Source: Chrysomallon squamiferum
Lineage: Eukaryota > Animalia > Mollusca
Assembly: GCA_012295275.1 (NCBI GenBank)
Contig: CM022670.1
Coordinates: 39,866,001 to 39,930,000, forward strand
Reading direction: 5' to 3'
DNA length: 64,000 nucleotides
Position 1 is the first letter of the stretch. Each line of letters opens with the position of its first letter. Of this stretch, positions 1 to 23,340 are shown piece by piece. The notes under the pieces were generated by a model that searched no databases, had not been told where the DNA came from, and was given only the letters and a program-made list of their open reading frames with translations. The position numbers and the translations under genes are program-made.

Positions 1-3000
1 AACCAATGTTAACTTATTTTTTTTTGTGTGTGCGCTCTCTGTTCGGCAAAATGGACGAGCGCTGTACATGTGTGTTAATTTATTATTTCTCTGTCAGTTG
101 GAGAACTATTTTGTTTTTCTCAGGTTTCACTTGGATTCTGTTGGTTCCAGAAAAGTGAGATGCTGTGACCAAATCTCAAGAGAGAGAGAGAGAAGAGAGA
201 AAACCAAGAACAGATCTGAGAGAGGTTTTACAAGTTCTGCAACTGTGTCGGGGGAAAAAAAATAAAAAAAATAATAATAAAAAAAAGTTTTATTTTTGTA
301 ACAGGCCAGAATTCTGGGAATAGGGCTTTATTAGAAATTTGATTAAAAGAAAAAAAAGTTAACGAAAAAGGCAGCTTTAGTCGTTCTGGGCATGGCTCCT
401 TTGGCAGCTCTTTATTGTAGTAAGTTAGTTTTTATACACTTAACAAGAAATTACCATTTAAAATTAAAAATTGTTTATTTTGTTTCTCTTCAAATTGTAT
501 GAAATGTGTTATCTGGTAATTGACATTTATTTTAATAAAAAAAAAAAGAAAGAAGAAAAAAGTCATAAACAGAATAAAAATGTTATTTTTTAATTAAAAT
601 GCATGTTTGTGTAACAACTTTTACCATTTATATCATTATGAAGATTTTTTTTTTTTGTGTTTTTTTATGAGATAATTATATTTCTTTTATCCACCTTGCC
701 TGTTTTTTTGGAGAAAACTGTTTTAACTTCTGTGCCCGAGATTTAGGGTAAAATGTTAACCATTAAGGATTTGAAATTGTCTGTTCATTTTATTTCCTCA
801 AACATTTTGTTTTTAATTTTATACATTAGATGTAATGTTTGGGAATTTTTTAAAATTTTATAATTTTGTTACTCATTCAATTATTTGTTTACAGAATTGC
901 CAAAATACATTTACTGTTACATTTGAGAATTCCAGTAGCATTTTGAGTTGAATCGCATCAGTGTAAAAAATTAATTGCAAATAAAAATCCTTATTAGATT
1001 TAATTACTGATAACACTTTCAGAAATTTCTCCGGATATATAGTAAAACAGAAAAATATTCTTTTAATACTGTCAGCTTTCTAATTTTTTTAAAATACATA
1101 CATGCAGCTAAAATAAATATCCTTCATAATTATTTATTATTACCATTATAGTTCTCAGTCATAGTCTGTTAGACATTACTTGTTAATAATCACTAGTTTG
1201 AAAGCCTCATAGTTCTCCCTGATTCCAATCACCCCATTTGAGCATGTCTAACATTATAAATAGATAAATAATAAGTGTGTTTACACGTGTGTTTGTACTA
1301 ATGTGAGTGTGTTAAACCATAGACAGTTATAAATAAATATTCCAGTTTTAATAGTTTGAAGTAGACGACAAACTAAAAGTATAGTTTCTGTTGATGTGTG
1401 TAAAAAATCTCTTTATACTGTCGGAATTAATTTATTTTAGTATGCATTTCCCCCAGTATTGTCAATGGAAAATTTTTAAAAAAATGTATAGCCCACCTTG
1501 TGCATTGTGACTGACTCAGTCTAGAAGCAGATAATGTCATCACCATTTTTACATGTTGAATTTGAAGAAATAAATACATCTTCATTTCAGTAGGAATGTG
1601 GAATTTTCCAGATCCTGTATAAGCAATCTGTATTAATGTAACTGGTTTCCTGCTGAGTTCACTTCTTGGCAGAATTCACAGCAGCCATAATTATGACTCT
1701 CAGCAGAAATCGGTTAAAGTGATCTAGAAAATGCTGTTTTAACAATCGTACTTCGTCGTGTGTTGCTGAGTGGAAAATCTGCATACTAATTATTTTTCTT
1801 TCATTTTATTTTTTATAATCCATTGCATGCAGTTATTATATTTGCTTTTAGAAGTGCATGATATTTTTAATACTCAGTGTTTTCAACTACCTCTCTGTAT
1901 AACTGTGGATACTTCTGCTGTAGTCTTGGAAAAACAAAAATATGTTCAGTAGTTTGAGAAAATTAGAATGTACTGTACAAATAGGTTTTCAGTGTTGAAA
2001 GATAAAATGTAGTTTTAGGCTGTTTTTTAGTTATTTATTTTTTTTTTTATTTTTTTTTTTTAAATGATGAAATAAGGTAAATAAAATCTTTGGAATGTTG
2101 TTTTCACTCCAGAAACCATTATTATTGTGTTATAGTAAATATTTCTTGTGTTTGGAATTGTACAGTTTAAAAAAATAAAATTATAATAAAAATAATTTTA
2201 CATATTCAGTGACAGATAACCAGATAATGGGGGTGTTTGGATATCATTGCACTAGTGTTTGTTACAAGATGAAATGAATTTCAGTGGAAACACAAAACAT
2301 CAGAAATATTTCAGCTCTGTTTTTGGACCATCTTTATTTACACAAATGGTTCCAATAATTTCTTCTATTTAAATTTATAATAATAAGAATACAGTTTTCA
2401 TATATTAATTCAGAATGTTGGGGTATCTTTTGAAATTTTGACCTAATTGCAAATAACACTTTTTGTGTTTTGTTGAAGTAACAAATTAAAGGTTATTTTT
2501 ACTTGTTATTTATTAATGTTTGAACTACTTCTTTTGTACTAATTTTAATGTTTATTAAATATTAATTGAATGAATTCATGGTTTTTTGTGTGGGGTTTTG
2601 TGGATTATCAAAAAAAATACACAAATTGTTTTTTGATATTTCACAAGCAGACAAGTAAATCCAATTACATTTTATGAATTTTCTGTGTTTTTAGTGTTTT
2701 GTATTGTAACCGGTTTTTTTAAATGTATTTTTCAATTGAATTTCTAATTTAAAAATTTCAGAATCTTAAATTTTGCAAAAATCAAAAATAACTATGAAAA
2801 TTTTAAAAAGTAATAATAAATACTCTTTAATTTAACTAGTTAATACCATGTGTTTTTTTTCTTAGAAAAAATAATCAATATGAATAAGTTTCTGATAAAA
2901 GCAATAAATTATTATTTATTTTATTTATTTACTTATTTATTACTACTTCTAGTAACTACAACTACTACTAATGAAATACAGCAAATTGGAATTTGTATAT

Positions 3001-5150
3001 TTGAGGAGCAGGGTAATATTATTATTGTGGAATATATTTTTTTTTCTTCTTCTGAAAATACTTTATATTTCCAATTTGGTATGATTATTCTTTTTCTACT
3101 TCCATAGATTTTTTTTGTTTGTTTTTTGAGTGGGTATGAAGATAATTTACATTCAAGATCATTTATGTTTTACTAACAATAAAAATATCAGGTATTAAAT
3201 AAAAATGGATAATGACAGTATTTCTGGCTGTGTATTAGACATGCTGATAATCACTATGTTATTATATTGCACTCCATGTTTTTGGCAGCACGAGTTTAGA
3301 TAAAATGGTCATAATTTATTTCTGGCAGTATGGTGTACAATTTTGGCAGTGAACCATAGAAGAATGATGAATATCTTTTAAATAAGGATTTGCATGGGTT
3401 TGATAAGACGGCAAATTGATGGTCATTTATGTATCTATGCAAATAACCATTTGTCCTCAGCTTGTTACATCACCATCATCATGCAATCAGGGCATCATGT
3501 GAAAACATTCCAAGCTTAAACACTGCCATGCTTTTTATTTATTTTTTTTTTTTTTCTAGTTCACTAGATACGTTTACATCAAATAATCAATTTTGCATGT
3601 GTTTTTATTACAAATACCAGTATTTGTTTATTGTAACAGAATTTTTTTCATTGAAAAGAAGACCTCAATCTATGTAAGTTTTTTATTTTTATTATTTTTT
3701 GTTTTTTTAAATTCATATGATGGAAGAAACAAAAATGAAATTACATTGAGTTATGGACGTTTTAAGGAGTTAATATAAGTTTATGTGTAAGAAAGATTAA
3801 TCATTATTCAGTTTAAACAGCAACATTGCACATTAACATACATAACTGTAATGAAATTGAAGTAATAAAATGTTCTTCTTGCCATTTTTATCATCATTTT
3901 TTTTATAAACATTTTTTTTTTAAATTATAATAATGCATGAATTTTAACGTTATTTAAATTTCAAAATTTCAGCTGTTTTACTACTGTTATTTTTCTCCAG
4001 CCACATTTCAGACACCTACAGTCATTGCAATTGTATGTAGTTTAAATAGGAAAGAATTTGCAAGTTTTCTAATTGGTTAAAGCAGGGTACCAGACATTTA
4101 GATGTGTTAGGTAAAATGTACATACTTCATAAATATATTTAAAACTGTTTTCTCAATATGCTTTAAACAGTATATATGATTGATATACATGTTTTTAATG
4201 ACTTACTTGGTAATAAAATTATTATTATTATTATATATTTTTTTTTTTTTGGTAATATAAATATGCTTCAAATTAAAGTGTTTAACATTATTTTGATTAA
4301 ATATATAGACAAGAGGGTTATATGGTACACATGTTTTTGAAATTTAATCTATTTTGTAAATTTTTGGGGGCAGTAGACAAAAACTGAGAAGATAATATTA
4401 AAATATTTTGAAAATTGTTCCCTATTCTTTTATTTTCATTTTGTAAATTATTTTCAGCTTTTAAGTTTTCCTGCAAATAAGAAAGTGTGAGACTTGTATG
4501 ATTTGAGTTGACTAATGTTTGTTTGCTTAATAACTCTGGTTTTTTAGTGTGATTGCTATATTTACACATGGTTTTATTACAATTGCAATATTATTTTTAA
4601 GATATTTCTTTCCTTTTTTTTTTTTTTTTTTTTTATTTAAATTTCATTATTATTATCTAATTCTAACTTTATAAATGTGACTGATGTAATTAATCATTCA
4701 TAATTAAAAGTGGTGAATTTGGTCCTTATTTTAACATGACTTGTTATACCTGATTTTTTTAACTGACAGTTGAAAAGTGAGAAAAATATTTTATATCTAC
4801 AGAAGAAAAACCTAGTTTTTATATTTTTAGACTTAAAATGGCATTTCTATGGGTTTGGTTCTAAACTTGTATGACACAAAGGCAACAAAGAACATGTTAC
4901 CAGTGCAAGTGTTATCAGCAAGATATTTACTTAAACCGTAGCAGGTCATTTTGGTAACTATGAATTAGTAGTGCTACAGTAAATAGCAACAGAGGGCATG
5001 CATTACTAGTTCAGATTGCTTCAAATATTCTTAGAGAAATGGGCTGTTTTATATTTTATGTTCCATCTGTGATCTAGTTTTAATAAATGTGTTATAAAAT
5101 AAACTGTTTATAAATTTAAAAAAAAATTGTTGTTTTCTGTCTTTGTTATA
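1..5150 (+). other. Non-coding region, possibly the long 3' UTR of an upstream plus-strand gene converging on KAT14
   Basis: No spliceable coding exons found. T-rich sense strand, with AATAAA at 5082 and 5098 followed by a GT/T-rich tract. Inference only. Confidence 0.3.
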
Positions 5151-5993
5151 AGCTTCCAAAAATATGCTTTGTTCAAGAATTTTTTTTTTTTAAATGTAAA
5201 TTTTGATAAATTGATTCAACATTGTACAGATAATGCTTTTTAAAAAAAAAAATAATTAAATAATAAAATAAAGAATAGAGAAATCTCTTGGCCCATTTCC
5301 GTAAGTTTATTTGTTCAGTATTCCATGATGTCATTATGCAGACAAGTTGTGTAGTATGCAGCTCTCCTGCCTGGATAAGCAGGTTTGTGTTTGTTATACA
5401 TGTTTATGGTTGTAGTTGGTTTCTATGGTTATGTGATGGAAATTATTGCGTGTAAATTTCTATATTAAAATGAAATGTTTCTCAAAGACACCCTGGTGTT
5501 GTTTTCTTTTGTTGTTTTTTGAGAATTTTATCAATTTAATCGCCATATCTTTATAATACTTAAATTACTCAAAGGATAACTGAAAGAAAATAACTGTTAT
5601 TGATAAAAAGTATTTAAAAAAGAAACTAACCAAAAAAATTATTTAGCAGGAAAATATATGTGACTCCTAGTATAGCATGAAATTTCAAACTGGCTGAGAA
5701 TTGTAGTAATTACAACAACAAATAACGAATTCAGAAACTCAATTTAATTAACTGCTTTCCAGCTGGTATTGCTCAGACATGTTTAATAAATAAATATCTT
5801 CATAATTTAAAAAAAATATATATATATATATAGCCACAAATAAATAAAAAGAAGTTGGAATCTTTCCATTCAAAAATAACTTTTTATTCCATAATTTCAA
5901 ACAGTTCAACAAGTGAATTTTATGCACATGAGATGTAGGATGATTTATTTTGGAATTCAGCTCTTTTTAACATCCTAGTCATTCCTATAAATG

Positions 5994-6852
5994 TTATCTT
6001 GTGAGTCGCAGGAAGAAAGCATGCTTGCAGTCAGTAGAGTTAACTGGGAAATATTTGTCATAAAAGTCTAGAATGAATTCTTCAGCCTTGAAACCAAACT
6101 TCTGATACAGCAACATGGCTGGGTTGGTGGCAGACACATGCAGTGTGACATCCTTTCCAAGACAAGTCTGGAAAAAAATCCATTATATACAACTCTTGGT
6201 TTCAAACCTAATATAAATGTGAAAATTGTTTCTAAACATTTATGTACTTAAATAATAATATGAATCCTTAGCCATGAACATATATAATTAATTAAGTAAA
6301 AACCAACAAAAAAAAACCAACCCAAAACCATAAAAAAAACATACGGGACAGTTCTTAAATCATAAATGCACAATTTGTTCATGGATATTAAAACGAAAAT
6401 AAGAATGGTTTTATTTTTAAATGAATATTTGGTTTTGGAATTAAACCTAGGAAATACTGATGAATGTGACAAATTCAAACTAGGTATTATTTTAAAACAT
6501 TAATTAAAAAAATAACTAATAGTTATAATTATAGACTAATTATTGACAGGAATATGATTTTTGTAACAACTGTGCAGAAAAAAAATATTCTTTAATAACA
6601 AATCATGAATGTGAATGCCTGTTTCTAACAAGACAGTTGATCTGTGATACCTGTATGAGATGGTACAACATAAACTTTGCTATCCCAGCTCTTCTCCATT
6701 CAGGATGGGTGAAGATAAATGAGATGTAGGCTTCGTTGTATTTTACATCAGGCACCATGAAAGCAAATCCTATCACAATTTTCCTAGAAATGGTTTAAAA
6801 ATAAATGGGGGAAAAAATGTGAGAATAATCTTATTTCAAAATTTGTCTTATG

Positions 6853-6883
<31 letters not shown>

Positions 6884-9800
6884 CAGCTACAAATAATTAA
6901 AATTAAAAAAAGGATATATAAAGTGAAAATTATAAATAAATTGAAACCATTATATTATAAAGATAAAAAATCAAAGTTTAATTATTTTTGGAAAAAAATT
7001 TAAAATACCCTCAGAAAATTGCTGGTTTTTTTCTGTTTTTTTTTAAATTATCTTAATACATACCTGTATAAAACTACACAGCTAAAATCTGGATATTGCA
7101 AACACTCAGACACTGAGGAGAAAAAAAAAATAATTTTAAAATTGAATATATATAAATGATTTCAGTCCACAGATTGTTTTTTTCTTTTATAAATAATACT
7201 TTCTTGTGTAAATGTTTGACTATTCAGACAAAAGGTAAGTAAATGAAGGGGATAAAGTGGGAAAAAATAAAAATAAAAATTTAATAATGATAATAATAAT
7301 AATAATAATAAAATAATAATAATAAAAACACTTCCAGGTGATTATTTAAAAAAATAAATGAAAAAATCTTTTAAAGTATTTTTACAAAATTTTACTCTTT
7401 GCTAAATGAATATTACTAGATAAATATAAACAATTTTAGAAATTATAAATATTTCATACAATCAATTCCAGGCCAGAAGAATTCTCTGCAGAGAACATTA
7501 ACAGAAGGAATGTGTTGAGGGCGTACATAGCAGTAATCTATAGGTGGGGGTGGCAGGCTTTTCCATGATGGATCATTCCTGAAAAAACAACCCCCAAAAA
7601 ACCAACTCCATTGTAACAACAAAATAAACAGTGTAATATATTTCATTCTTAAATTTTTTTGTTTGAAAAGCAGTTATCATGAAAATATTTGGATAACCAA
7701 AGAATACTGAACATATACAAAAACTGATTATAATGAGGATATGATGAATACTTGAAATACTTTAATATAAATATCTTTATCAGTAAACATTTTAAAAGAA
7801 GTTAATAAAATCAAATGTCATTAAGACTTTAAATTCCCAGAAATGAGTACTTAAATTATAAAGAGATAATTATAAAAAAAAATTATAATACTTGATGACT
7901 GTAATTCCTCAAACAAAGCATAAAAAAAAATAATTAAAAAAATTAATAAAATAAACAAATAAAAGATAAATGCCTATATTTCAGTTAGAACATATTTTCT
8001 AATACCTTTAGTATTAATAAATAAAAATAAATAATTTCAGAAATATTTCAACTTTAACCTGTGTGGGTAAGCCTGAATTTCTTGAAGAAGTTTCATTTTC
8101 AAAGGTCTACTTTCATAATCACGACGAATAAAAGGTTTTAAAATTCTGCAAGAAAATTTTCCCATGTTGTTAATTTAACAATTTATAGTATTATTATATA
8201 TTTCCTTATATACATATATATATCACTTTTGTTCTTCAAAGAATGTACCCGTTTTTGTTTAAATTATTTTGTAACAAAAGAAAAAATATTTGAAAAATAT
8301 ATCTGTACATTAACTGTTAATTTCTGTAAGGTGTATTTTAAATTCATGAGTATAATTATGCACATTGGTATGTTAACATTTCTATATCGGATATATATAT
8401 TTTATTTCTAAAATTAAATTTTAGTTTAATCAAAGTTTATTTTGGTAAAAAAAATTTAATTATTTATCAAAATATATTTTATATTATATAATAAATTATT
8501 TTCATCAATGCATAACATATGATTTCAAAATTTTTACAAAATTATTATTCAAGTATAAATCAAAGTTTATTTTAGTAAGAAATTTTTTTATTTTAAATAT
8601 AAAAATACTGTTTTAAATGATGTATAATCAAATTATATAAAACATGAATGTAAATCTAGATAAAACCTTGTGGTATAAGGACTGCAGATGCTCTGTAGCT
8701 GGTCATCCTCTGTACCCACCAGTCTGTTTAGAAAAGAAACCTTTCTGTCTGACATTACAGGTACTGATCGATATCCTGTCTGAAATTGTAAATAAATCTC
8801 TTAATTGAATGCCAGAAAATAATCACATTTTCAGATAATGAACATTCCACTGTAAAAATTCAACATTTTCAAAACAATCATCAAAAAAGGAAAAATTTAC
8901 AAAATTAATAATTATATAACTATTAATTAAAAAAAATAAAAAAAAAAATAATAAGGAATGTATCCTAAGGGCGTAGCATTTAGTAATAGTAATTTGTAAA
9001 TAAATATTGGAATGGTAATGAAAAACAAATTTCAATATGAAATAAAGAACATTATGAATATTAAAGAGACTTGGTTTTAATGTTTTTTTCATTAGCTCTA
9101 TAATTACCTGGAAACGATCAAGTATTCTCAGATTAGAAGACTGGTATGTTGATACTGGGCAACCAACCGAATGTAAATATTTCATATTCTAGAAAAAGAA
9201 AGATGAATTTAAAACAGTTTATTTAACAGTTGAAAAAAGTAATAACTATTATCTTCAACCAGTGAAATGCAAATTATACAGGAAATAATCAACTGCTGTA
9301 AATTCTTTCTTGTTAATAAGGTAAAAGAAAAATGAAAAATGCATTTTAATAAATGAAGAATTTAAATATACAGAATATCACAGAACTGTAAAATGTTTCA
9401 GTTAATATTAAAAAGGAAAAATGTTTTAAAAATCAACACAAAGACAGTCATTTATTTAAAAGTGACAAAAATTTAAAATGTGTGATTTAATGATACCCAT
9501 TGTTTAAACAAAGACTTTTCTTACATCAGAATCCTGATCAGTCATCCAGTGAGGTCGAATGAGTCGTTTCACCACAGCATCAAGATCAAACTCAGGCTGC
9601 CCTCTTTCTCTTTTTATCTAATCAAACCAACAGTAAAAACAGATTAAAAACAACCAAAAAAACATATTAAATTCACATAGTTATAATCTTTATATATATA
9701 TATATATATAATTCATATAAAATGGTGCGAATATGTTTTGTGTACTATGCTTTTATTTATTAGTTTATTTTTATTTAACAAGACAGCAATGTTAACTCTT

Positions 9801-12800
9801 TTCATCAACACTTAACACTTATACCTGTCTCACTGCCAGTTTTCGCTGCAGTCGTTTTAACTCGGGATCCAGTTTCATTTTGCTGTCAGCAGCATTCAGT
9901 TTTTTCAGCAGTTGATGTTCCTCATACAGACTCATAGGAACTATTCTATAAAATATTCAACTCATCTTTAAAACGTATTTTCTTTTTGAATAAATTAAAT
10001 TTTCAAAAACATTTTGTATTCTATAAAATATTCAACACATCTTTAAAACATATTTTCTTTTCAATAAATTAAATTTTCTAAAACATTTTATGTTTTACCC
10101 TTCATATTCATGAAATAATAATAATAGTAATCAACTTAATAAAACAAAATATAAACCATACAAAAGAAACACTCAGATGTATAAAACAATCTAAACTAAC
10201 TATAATGATTGTACATAAAATGTAATTTATCTCAGAACTTAAAATGAACAATTTTTTTTAAAAATAAATAAAAATATATATATTTTTTTAAATATATAAT
10301 TTTGAGAGATTTCTGTATGCTACTGAACTATAAAACTTATAAAATTCTTAGTTTACTTAGTAAAATACTAGAAGAAAAAATGATTTTGAAAATTTTAAAT
10401 AGATACAGTTCATCTCAGAACTCAAAAATCTTTAAATATTTGTCATGCAAATTTGAAAAATCTTATATGCTACAAACCTACAAACCATATTAAAAATATT
10501 TATTTAAGAAGATTTTAGTAACAGAAATAAATTTTGGTATTTTACTTCACAGGAGGCGTCTGGGCTGTGTCAGTTTCTTGTGTTTTTAAGTTTTCATCAG
10601 TTTTTTTGTTTTTGTCATCTTCTTCAACTACAGGAGGTTCAGAAGGTACATCTTCACTGTCAGTTTCACTTTTATCATCATCACTGTCTCCAGTTTTTAT
10701 CTTAGGAGAAACATTGTTGACTTTTTTCACTGTACTTACAGCAGACGATGAATTATTAGCGGGTTCGTTTTTTCCTTTAAAACAAGACATAACACTTATT
10801 AATAACGAATAGTTTCTTAAAAAATATAACATTAATAGTGTTAACAGCTGATAGGCATTAAATACATGAAAGCTGTACTATCAATTTGCTTCTTTTTTTT
10901 TTTTTTGCTCTAATGTATTTACATAAAGATGATAAAAAATAAAAATAAAATGATAACCATTACAAACATGCCATATTTTTTCTGAAATAAACTGAAAGAC
11001 ATTGATTTTGAAATAATTACCATCTAGAGAAGACAACATGTCCTCTATACTGAAAGATGAAGGAGGAAGAGAATGTGTTTGAGGATCCATCATTGATCCA
11101 GGGTCTATTTCCATTTCACTGTCTGATGCTGCGTTTTCTTCTCCCATCTGAAACATCTCTGAAATTGTTGCTAACAAAATAACAAAATACCAGTGATTAG
11201 TATTTTAGTTTCCTTTTTATCAAGTTTTTTGAAAATTTACAACTGATAAAACTAGCTAAGCTGATCCTAAATTATTCTAGTAAGTATTCAAGTGTTAAAT
11301 GACTTTACATTTCAAATTTTAAAAATCTCTGTTTTATCTCCACTTTTGAATAATTTTAATTCCCAGATTTGTCAGTTAAAAAGAAGCGAATTACAAACAA
11401 TTACTCTAGTTTTCTTAGAAACTAATTAAAAAAAGTATTCTAAACTAATCTAATTTTAGACTGCTTAATGTCCAGATATCTAACTGACACAAAACAATTA
11501 CACAAATATGTGAAAAACCCAAGTAAATGCTGATGTCTGTATTTCTAAATTAGTAACTTGAGTTTTAACGATGTCTGGGACTTGCATACCACTGGGCAGT
11601 GATAAATTACTGTCACTCTCATTGGCACTCGACAGCATCAGTGAGGTAGATAAATTAAAACTGTCTTCCTCACTTTGTGGTTCTTGTTTTATATCTACAA
11701 AACTGATGGCTTCTGCTACACTGGCAGGCATCCTTGATGATGTTTCTGCAGTTGTTGTTGATGATGTTTCTGCTGACATCTTTGCCGAATTTTCTTCAAT
11801 CATCTTTGATGATGTCGAAGCTTCTGAATGCTCTGGACTCTGACGTTCGGTTTTGGCAATTTTTGATTTGGCTCTTCTTATTTCTTTGGCTTCCTAATAA
11901 TTTTAAAACACTAAAGTCTCAGAGATTTGATCAAATTATCAGTATACTTTTTATCTCAAATTCATAGTAAAAAGAAGAAAAAAAAAAGAAAAGGACATAC
12001 ATTTTTTTATTTCTATCATAATTGTCAAAACATAATATAATGATAAAACAATGATTTTTATTACATGATTTACTTCACAACAAGAAGATGAACATAAAGT
12101 CATTTTCGGAAAATCACAAAGAACTAACTAAGCAGCACATACCAGCAATGTTGATCTCTTGGCTTTTAGTTCAATGGCTGCTTCTATGGAAGTTTTTCCT
12201 CTGCGAGATCGCAATCCTTCCACTTTTACTGCAGTCGTATCTAACGGAAATGGAGTTTTCTTCCGCACTCCTCGAGGCACTTCTGTCATTTTTAAATTTA
12301 AACAATACAAATTTAAGCTGATCTTTGAAAATTAAAAGACATTTTTCGATTTTCCTCTCTTAAAATTCTATGTATTAGTATTCAGTAGAAAATAATAAGA
12401 TATGAAACAAAAAGCACAATTAATCTTAATTTTTTTTTAATTATTATTAATATTCAAGTTTCTTTTTTAAAATTTAAAAATTAAAATATTATTCTGACCT
12501 GGTTTAAGAACTGGAGCTTTCATTTCAACCAGTCGCCACCAGCCTGTTTCTTTCAACATCTTGGCTCCAGATTCAAAGTAAGACGGACAACCTGATGACA
12601 ATGTGCCTGCAACTGTGCCATACCAAAGAGAAGTTTTCTTCCTGTCAGAAAAAAAAAAAAAAAAAGAGGAAAATGTAATAATAATAACAAACAATATAGA
12701 GAAAACAACCGAAAAACAAAACAAAAACAAACAATAGTAATAATAATTGTTTTCGGAAACCAATATGAATATTTTGTTAACAAACTTTTACATTTCAGCT

Positions 12801-14336
12801 TGACTTTTAACATTTTTTTTAACCTTAAATTTTTTTTTTTTTTTTTTTGAGAAATCGTTATATTAAAATAATGTAAAAAGATTTTAAATTTTTCTTCACA
12901 TAGTTATACTGAACAAAATCGTTTTTACAAACCTGTGTGATGCAAAAAGCAGAGACCAGTGTTTATCAATGAAGGCACAGATGTGTTCCTTCCATCTGAA
13001 ATAGCCAAACTTGCCAGAACCACTGAGCTGAAGATTGTACAGTGCCAACATCACAACTTGCATCCTTGAAAATAAAACAGTTATAATAGCATAACAACAA
13101 CAACAACAACAACAACAATAATGATAATAACAAAAACTATAACAATAATAATAACAATAATAATCATAATGTTGATGATGACGATGGTGATAATGGAAAA
13201 AATAATCTTAACATTAACAATCACAAATAATACCACCACACTGATTTTATTTTTAAGTCTTTAATCAACAATTTAAAAAAAAAACATTTTTTAAAGTTTT
13301 ATTTCATGTGAGTGTTATAAAAATTTGTATAAACAAAAATAGTAAAGATTATAAAATTGACAAAACAATAATAATATTATTTTTAAATATTTCTAGAATA
13401 TTCAGGGAATGTTTAAAAATATGAATTAACCGAGGAATTGTTTTGATGAAACGTTTTTATAATGTAAGCCTCACCTATGATGCAGGCAAAAAAAACAACA
13501 AACAAGTACATGAAATAATAACAATAACAATAACAATAACAATAACAATAACAATAACAATAACAATAATAATAATATTAAATAAATAAATAAATAAAGT
13601 AAATAACTAAATAAATTAAAATATATATATATAAATAAATAAAATAAAAAAATAAAAAAATTAATAATTAAATTACCATTGTAATTTTATTCTCTCAAAC
13701 TGCTCTTGTCCATCTTCTCCACACTGAGCACATGTAAATTTGAAAAATATATCACCGTCCAGAGGTGATGGCTTCCCGCTCAACAAACAACCTGAAAAAC
13801 AGTAAGTGTATAATATTAAGTTGACCAATTAGTTTTACAAATTCACCAAAAACCCAAAGAAAAATGCTCCAAATATGCAAAGAAACTTTATAATTTTTTT
13901 TATTTTTTTTATTTTTTTGACTATCATAAATAAATTGGATATTAAAATATGTAAATGCAAATCAGATAATATAAGCATTTGTGTTGCTGATCAAAAATGT
14001 TGCTTTCTGAATAAAAAAAATGAGGTTTTAGATTTAATTTCATTTTCATTACTTATTTTTATGCCCTCTTTCTCTGTGTATTGTATGTGTGTGTGTGTCT
14101 GCATCTATAAATATATATATATATATATATTTAAAATTAAAGAACATATCCACAGCTGGCTTTATTTCTTCTTTTGTAGTTTTGTAGTTTATTTAGTTTG
14201 TTTTAAAGCAAAAGTGTGTGTACTCCTCACCAGAATGAAAATGCTTTTTACAACCACTGCAGACAAATGTATTTGGCACTTGGGCTGGCTCAACCCAACC
14301 ACAATAGCATTCTTCTAGTTGTCCTGATGTCTTCAT
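5994..14336 (-). CDS. KAT14: Cysteine-rich protein 2-binding protein / lysine acetyltransferase 14 (ATAC2), spliced, 17 coding exons, 762 aa
   Basis: Phase-consistent GT-AG exons (minus): 14336-14231, 13791-13677, 13064-12933, 12641-12499, 12282-12143, 11893-11590, 11170-11021, 10774-10546, 9945-9825, 9617-9525, 9188-9108, 8779-8667, 8145-8059, 7578-7460, 7112-7064, 6783-6651, 6167-5994 (2289 nt incl. TAA). Family-typical peptides: GDIFFKFTCAQC, LQWMQVVMLALYNL..GYFRWKEHICAFIDKHW, RILKPFIRRDYE, PIDYCYVRPQHIPSVN..FFWPGIDLSECLQYPDFS, and the C-terminal GNAT segment HPEWRRAGIAKFMLYHLIQTCLGKDVTLHVSATNPAMLLYQKFGF. Confidence 0.95.
9944..10090. repeat. Tandem duplication, 75-bp period x2, including the KAT14 exon 9 acceptor
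   Basis: TTCTATAAAATATTCAAC[T/A]CATCTTTAAAAC... starts at 9944 and at 10019. Confidence 0.85.
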
Positions 14337-14896
14337 TGTTGTATTCTAAGTAAAAAATAATACTATTATTTTTTATTAGAAGTTATTCATAGGTTAAAAA
14401 CAACATTATTTTCGTTTATATATATATTCCTATAATCTGGACAGAAAGGGGTTTCCTTCAGTTTCTTTAATACCGACGTACAGGTTTGTATGACAATAAA
14501 AATACTTTCTTTATTGTCATTTATTTATTTACTTATTGTTTGTTTTATAATAATATTAATAATTATTATTAATATTTTTTTTTTATAATAAGCAATCCTA
14601 AATAACATACGTAGACTACAATGTAGTAACACAGACCCAGCTCCAAGATATTTTTTAAAAACAATTCAACTTATAGTAATACTAATCAGAATATATCTTC
14701 TGCATTTTTATTGTAGTAACTAAGTAAGGCAAGGATTGTTAAATCAGTGACTACTTTTGCTTCACCACATAGTGTAACACTTCCAACGCAAGCAACTACC
14801 TTTTCGTGTTACCGTCTGCAATAGACTGGTCACTGTTATGTATTAATTCGACGTAACGCATACAGATCACATCAGTTAGTGCTAAGAAGGTAGAAG
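14337..14896. promoter_or_regulatory. Shared bidirectional promoter / 5' UTR region of KAT14 and NRBP
   Basis: Divergent start codons (14336 minus, 14897 plus) are separated by 560 nt. The KAT14 start exon has an acceptor just upstream (exon starts 14345). A minus-strand GTATGT donor at 14610 implies a non-coding first exon from 14611 upward. CpGs are locally enriched at ~14780-14860. Confidence 0.7.

Positions 14897-23340
<8,444 letters not shown>

Noticed and set aside
26-265. 79-aa ORF and the TTCTCAG acceptor-like site at 123
   Set aside because: No recognisable protein similarity in any frame, and the ORF is partly made of a GA repeat.
392-425. ATG-initiated mini-exon MAPLAALYC with an A|GTAAGT donor
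   Set aside because: No compatible downstream plus-strand coding exon was found before KAT14; likely chance.
10534-11843. Plus-strand ORFs antisense to KAT14 exons (and similar antisense ORFs over NRBP, TTC39 and SLC35B3 exons)
   Set aside because: Shadow ORFs of real exons on the opposite strand.
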